Below, one piece after another: positions 60,999-64,000 of a stretch of DNA of 64,000 nt (positions are counted from its first letter, which is position 1; each line of letters starts with the position of its first letter). The notes beneath the pieces were generated by a model. It searched no databases. It was not told the origin of the DNA and saw only the letters and a list, made by a program, of their open reading frames with translations. Source of the stretch: Lepidodermella squamata. Lineage: Eukaryota > Animalia > Gastrotricha. The position numbers and the translations under genes were made by a program. The stretch spans positions 496,001 to 560,000 of the forward strand of contig JBLDXI010000001.1 of NCBI GenBank assembly GCA_047495785.1, written 5' to 3'.

Positions 60999-62533
60999 CT
61001 ATATACCACTAATTGGGTAAATGCCAAGGTTTGGCCGGGCCTCTTCTCGCTTCACTACAGGCTTCTTCCACCGCCGTGCCTTCCGCTCTTTCTCCTTATT
61101 CTCGTGATCTAGTTCAGCCTTCTTCAAAGCTTCCTCGCCCATTGTTTGCCTGACGCCGATCTCATCTTTACGCTCGAAGTACGACAACGTTTCCATTCGG
61201 TCGCGGAGAGTTGCCAATTTATTGCGAGTTGCGGCAATCGTTTCAGTCCTGCCAAGTTCGAAAATCTGGTCTTTCGTCAATTTTCGACGAATCTCAGGCC
61301 ATTCTTTCGTCAGTTGAACTTCGCGCAACGCGACGTCACGTTTACACTCTTCTTCGGCCGCCTTATGAATCTGAGCACCTAGTAGACCAGCAACTAGGTT
61401 TGATTCTTTAGATAAACGACCGGATAACGACTCGCGCAGTGATTTGAATTCATCTTGTAACTTCTTCTGGTCATCTTTCGTGATTTTCCTCTCGATCAGC
61501 GTTTTATCGATGTGTTGATCCATTGTTGGCTTCCAACGAGCTAACGCGTCTTCCCGCGTTTCGGCTACACCGAGCAACTGCTCGAATTTATCAAGGGCAT
61601 CAGCGCTCAATGGATCTTTCGAGTTCTTCAACAAAGCCAGCGATTCGTTGTACTGTTCAAATAATGCCGATCCCAGCAGCGAGCAATTCGTATTTCCCGC
61701 TAATTTGCCTAGAACCAGCAAAGTTTTCCCGACCCGGTGATGCTCGGCTTCGAGGTCGAAATGCAAATCGTTGTGAGGGTTGATGAGGAAATTTACTCGA
61801 ACGATCTGCTCGTCTTCACTTTCTTCGCCCGGCACTGACAGCTTGACCTCGAATTTGTCTAGCTGAAGACCTCGTTGCCAACTCGCCAACAAACTCAGGC
61901 AGTTAGCTAGTTTCGATACACTCTGTTCTTCTTGAAGCATCCATTCAGATGCGAAAAATGCAGCATCTGCAAGGAGTTAAAAGAATTATCAATTTTTAAA
62001 GCATTTCAAGATTTTAACTTGCCTTCCTTCTGTTCGTGGCCGATCAGCGTATCAAGAAGTGTAGCATAAGAAATGTGATCGGGAAAAACTCCAAATTCCT
62101 TTTTATTACCAACCAACTTTCGCAGCCGAGCGAAATATTTACGTTCGGCGTACGCTCGAGTGATGATGGCAGGTGTGCTATCGAGCCAACGTGACGATCT
62201 AGGACCACGACGGAAAGTTGGAAGAACACTTTTCTCGAACAGCTCCAACTCGTTTTCGTCGTATAGCCCGCCTCCAATGCCGAGCGCAAGTGTATCTATG
62301 TCGATTTCGTAGAATTTTCCGCCCTTCGCCGCATGATCTTTGGCAGCGATCAGGAACTCGGAAGAGGTCCCGGGGCGGACTTTACATTCAGCCAGTTGCG
62401 ACTGTAAATATGAGTCCCATTGGCGATTGCATAGATAGGCTTCAGGTAAAAAACTGCGATGAGTGGGTGGCGAGTGTTTCACGGCTGCAACGGTGCTTTG
62501 CAATCTCCTCACCAACAATTGAGGCCGAAACAT
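60999..62533 (-). CDS. MRPS27: Mitochondrial ribosomal protein S27 (mS27, PPR-like), 2 exons joined by a GC-AG intron
   Basis: Mitochondrial-type presequence; FLPEAYLC..W; FRRGP; FGVFPDHISYATLLDTLI; VRVNFLINPHNDLHFDL...VGKTL, all matching recalled invertebrate mS27 motifs. Confidence 0.85.
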
Positions 62534-62595
62534 GTTCTCTCAATCCTTTTAATACACTAACTTATAAAGCAAAACATCAAATTTATTGAGATAAT

Positions 62596-64000
62596 TCAGG
62601 ACTTGAGAATAATAGCAGAAATGCTTTCTACATTAGCTCGAATGTAGCTAGTGGCGAAGTTACTAGGTTCAGAAAGAGCCGAGACTGAAACAGTGGTCAG
62701 TTGACTTTGAAGCGTGCGAATTGCCATCGCAATACTCGATGCGATTTCGCTATTATCTGATGCTTCACTGCCTTCAGTGGAGGGCACTTGCTTCGCGGTT
62801 TGGAATACAAGATGTAACACGTACTCCAAAAGATCAGGACGGAACAAGCAGGTTGAAAAATGCTGCAACAATACCTGGAGCCTAGAAGGAATCAGAGCCT
62901 CGCCGGGCGATTCCACTTTCATAGGAACATTATCAAACATCCATTTTACTATTTCGGCGCACAGCTGAGCATTCACTGGCCAATTTTGAGCCTGACAAAG
63001 TACCAGTAGAGTACAAGGAACAATCAATAAACTAGAGTCTTTCAACGGCCACCTTAATTCGAGACTTTTTCTGACTAGATAAGCCGTCATCTCGGAAAAC
63101 ATTGCTGACGAGACCGGCACAAAGAGGAAACAGGTCGTGTTTGCGTATTCATTCAAATCGAGATCATCCTCTCCAGTTTCCGAACCAGTCAAATCTGCTT
63201 CGAGAACCGATCGAGTTGCTTCAGTTATCCTCCCACTTGCAGCAATACACATTATGCGTTGTGCAACGTGTGACTTCAGTGTTGTTTTTGTGGGCTCTGC
63301 GAACCGCTTTGCTGCTTCTTCAAAGCTACCTTTGTATATGAGGGTCTCGACGCGAAACTGGTCCATGAATCTTAACGGGTCCTCATCGTCGAAATATGTG
63401 GAAATTTCACCGAAAATTTCGAATATGCGTCTAGGTAACCGAATGCATGAAGATGATGGTGAAATTGATAGCAAGTAGTTCCATATGTTGAATGCAGAAG
63501 CTAGACTTTCGCTCACGGCAGAATCATCTGCTCCAGCCCAGATAATTTCAATCTTGCTTTTGCCATCCATTTGGACACTTTCATTTAGTAAATGCAATGA
63601 AGGAATCAAAACTGGGCGCTGATTTTCACTGTCAGAGCTGCTCATCAGAGACCGAAGGTAAGCTGTCAAGTTTCTCAGCAGGCCAAGTACAGTCATAGTA
63701 GCCAAAACTTCGCCCGTCATATCAGATTCTTCGCTACTCAAATTCACAAAACGATCTTGTAAATTAAGAAGGTAGCCCGTCAAGTCGTCCAGGGATGATG
63801 GAATTTTAGGATCTACACCGCCATCTTCCGAAAATACAGCTGGCACTGAGAAACCCAGCAGAGAAAACAAAACACAGTTGACGAGAGCTAAACAAGGCTG
63901 CCATTGGCGGTCAATGGAAATCAGGGACGTAGTTGAGAAGTTGAATGCCGTTGAGAGCACGTGGCCAATATAAATGTGAAGACATCGTAATGCCAACTTG
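62596..64000 (-). CDS. INTS10: Probable Integrator complex subunit 10, divergent (3' part; begins beyond the window)
   Basis: Long helical ORF with collinear motifs resembling the INTS10 C-terminus: TLIYKGSFEEA, LLVLCQAQNWP and FSTCLFRPDLLEYVLHL. Similarity is weak and recalled from memory. Confidence 0.55.
   Translation of the reverse strand, partial: KLALRCLHIYIGHVLSTAFNFSTTSLISIDRQWQPCLALVNCVLFSLLGFSVPAVFSEDGGVDPKIPSSLDDLTGYLLNLQDRFVNLSSEESDMTGEVLATMTVLGLLRNLTAYLRSLMSSSDSENQRPVLIPSLHLLNESVQMDGKSKIEIIWAGADDSAVSESLASAFNIWNYLLSISPSSSCIRLPRRIFEIFGEISTYFDDEDPLRFMDQFRVETLIYKGSFEEAAKRFAEPTKTTLKSHVAQRIMCIAASGRITEATRSVLEADLTGSETGEDDLDLNEYANTTCFLFVPVSSAMFSEMTAYLVRKSLELRWPLKDSSLLIVPCTLLVLCQAQNWPVNAQLCAEIVKWMFDNVPMKVESPGEALIPSRLQVLLQHFSTCLFRPDLLEYVLHLVFQTAKQVPSTEGSEASDNSEIASSIAMAIRTLQSQLTTVSVSALSEPSNFATSYIRANVESISAIILKS

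Noticed and set aside
1-64000. tRNA, rRNA, CRISPR arrays or prokaryotic defence systems
   Set aside because: No cloverleaf with A/B boxes, rRNA tract or repeat-spacer array was seen. The DNA is intron-rich animal sequence.

Overview
Gene-dense genomic DNA from a compact animal genome. Most introns are about 45-70 nt and GT-AG, so the ORF track is fragmented and misses several genes. Motile-cilium genes argue against a nematode; the taxon cannot be fixed from this window. All gene names below come from hand splicing and recalled motifs, not from database searches. About 20 protein-coding genes were reconstructed: two tandem PLAC8/cornifelin genes absent from the ORF track, ILRUN, RPS16, an EPS8-like gene without SH3/effector regions, CEP164, ANKAR, GAS8/DRC4, a coiled-coil protein, a BTB-Kelch protein, two orphans (one probably GPI-anchored), an ankyrin/SOCS-box protein, CRP/MLP, a Cys-loop anion channel subunit, three catalytically dead trypsin-fold proteins, RSL24D1, MRPS27 and a probable INTS10. 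The main non-coding findings are: (1) a spliced, apparently non-coding host gene at about 8.6-9.25 kb carrying two paralogous box C/D RNAs whose internal hairpin keeps its structure despite a replaced sequence; (2) operon-like spacing of 62-146 bp between co-oriented genes, with a polyA signal followed by an unpaired splice acceptor, suggesting SL trans-splicing; (3) several inverted-repeat transposon derivatives, including a perfect 146-bp foldback, a hAT MITE with a target-site duplication and a nested element.
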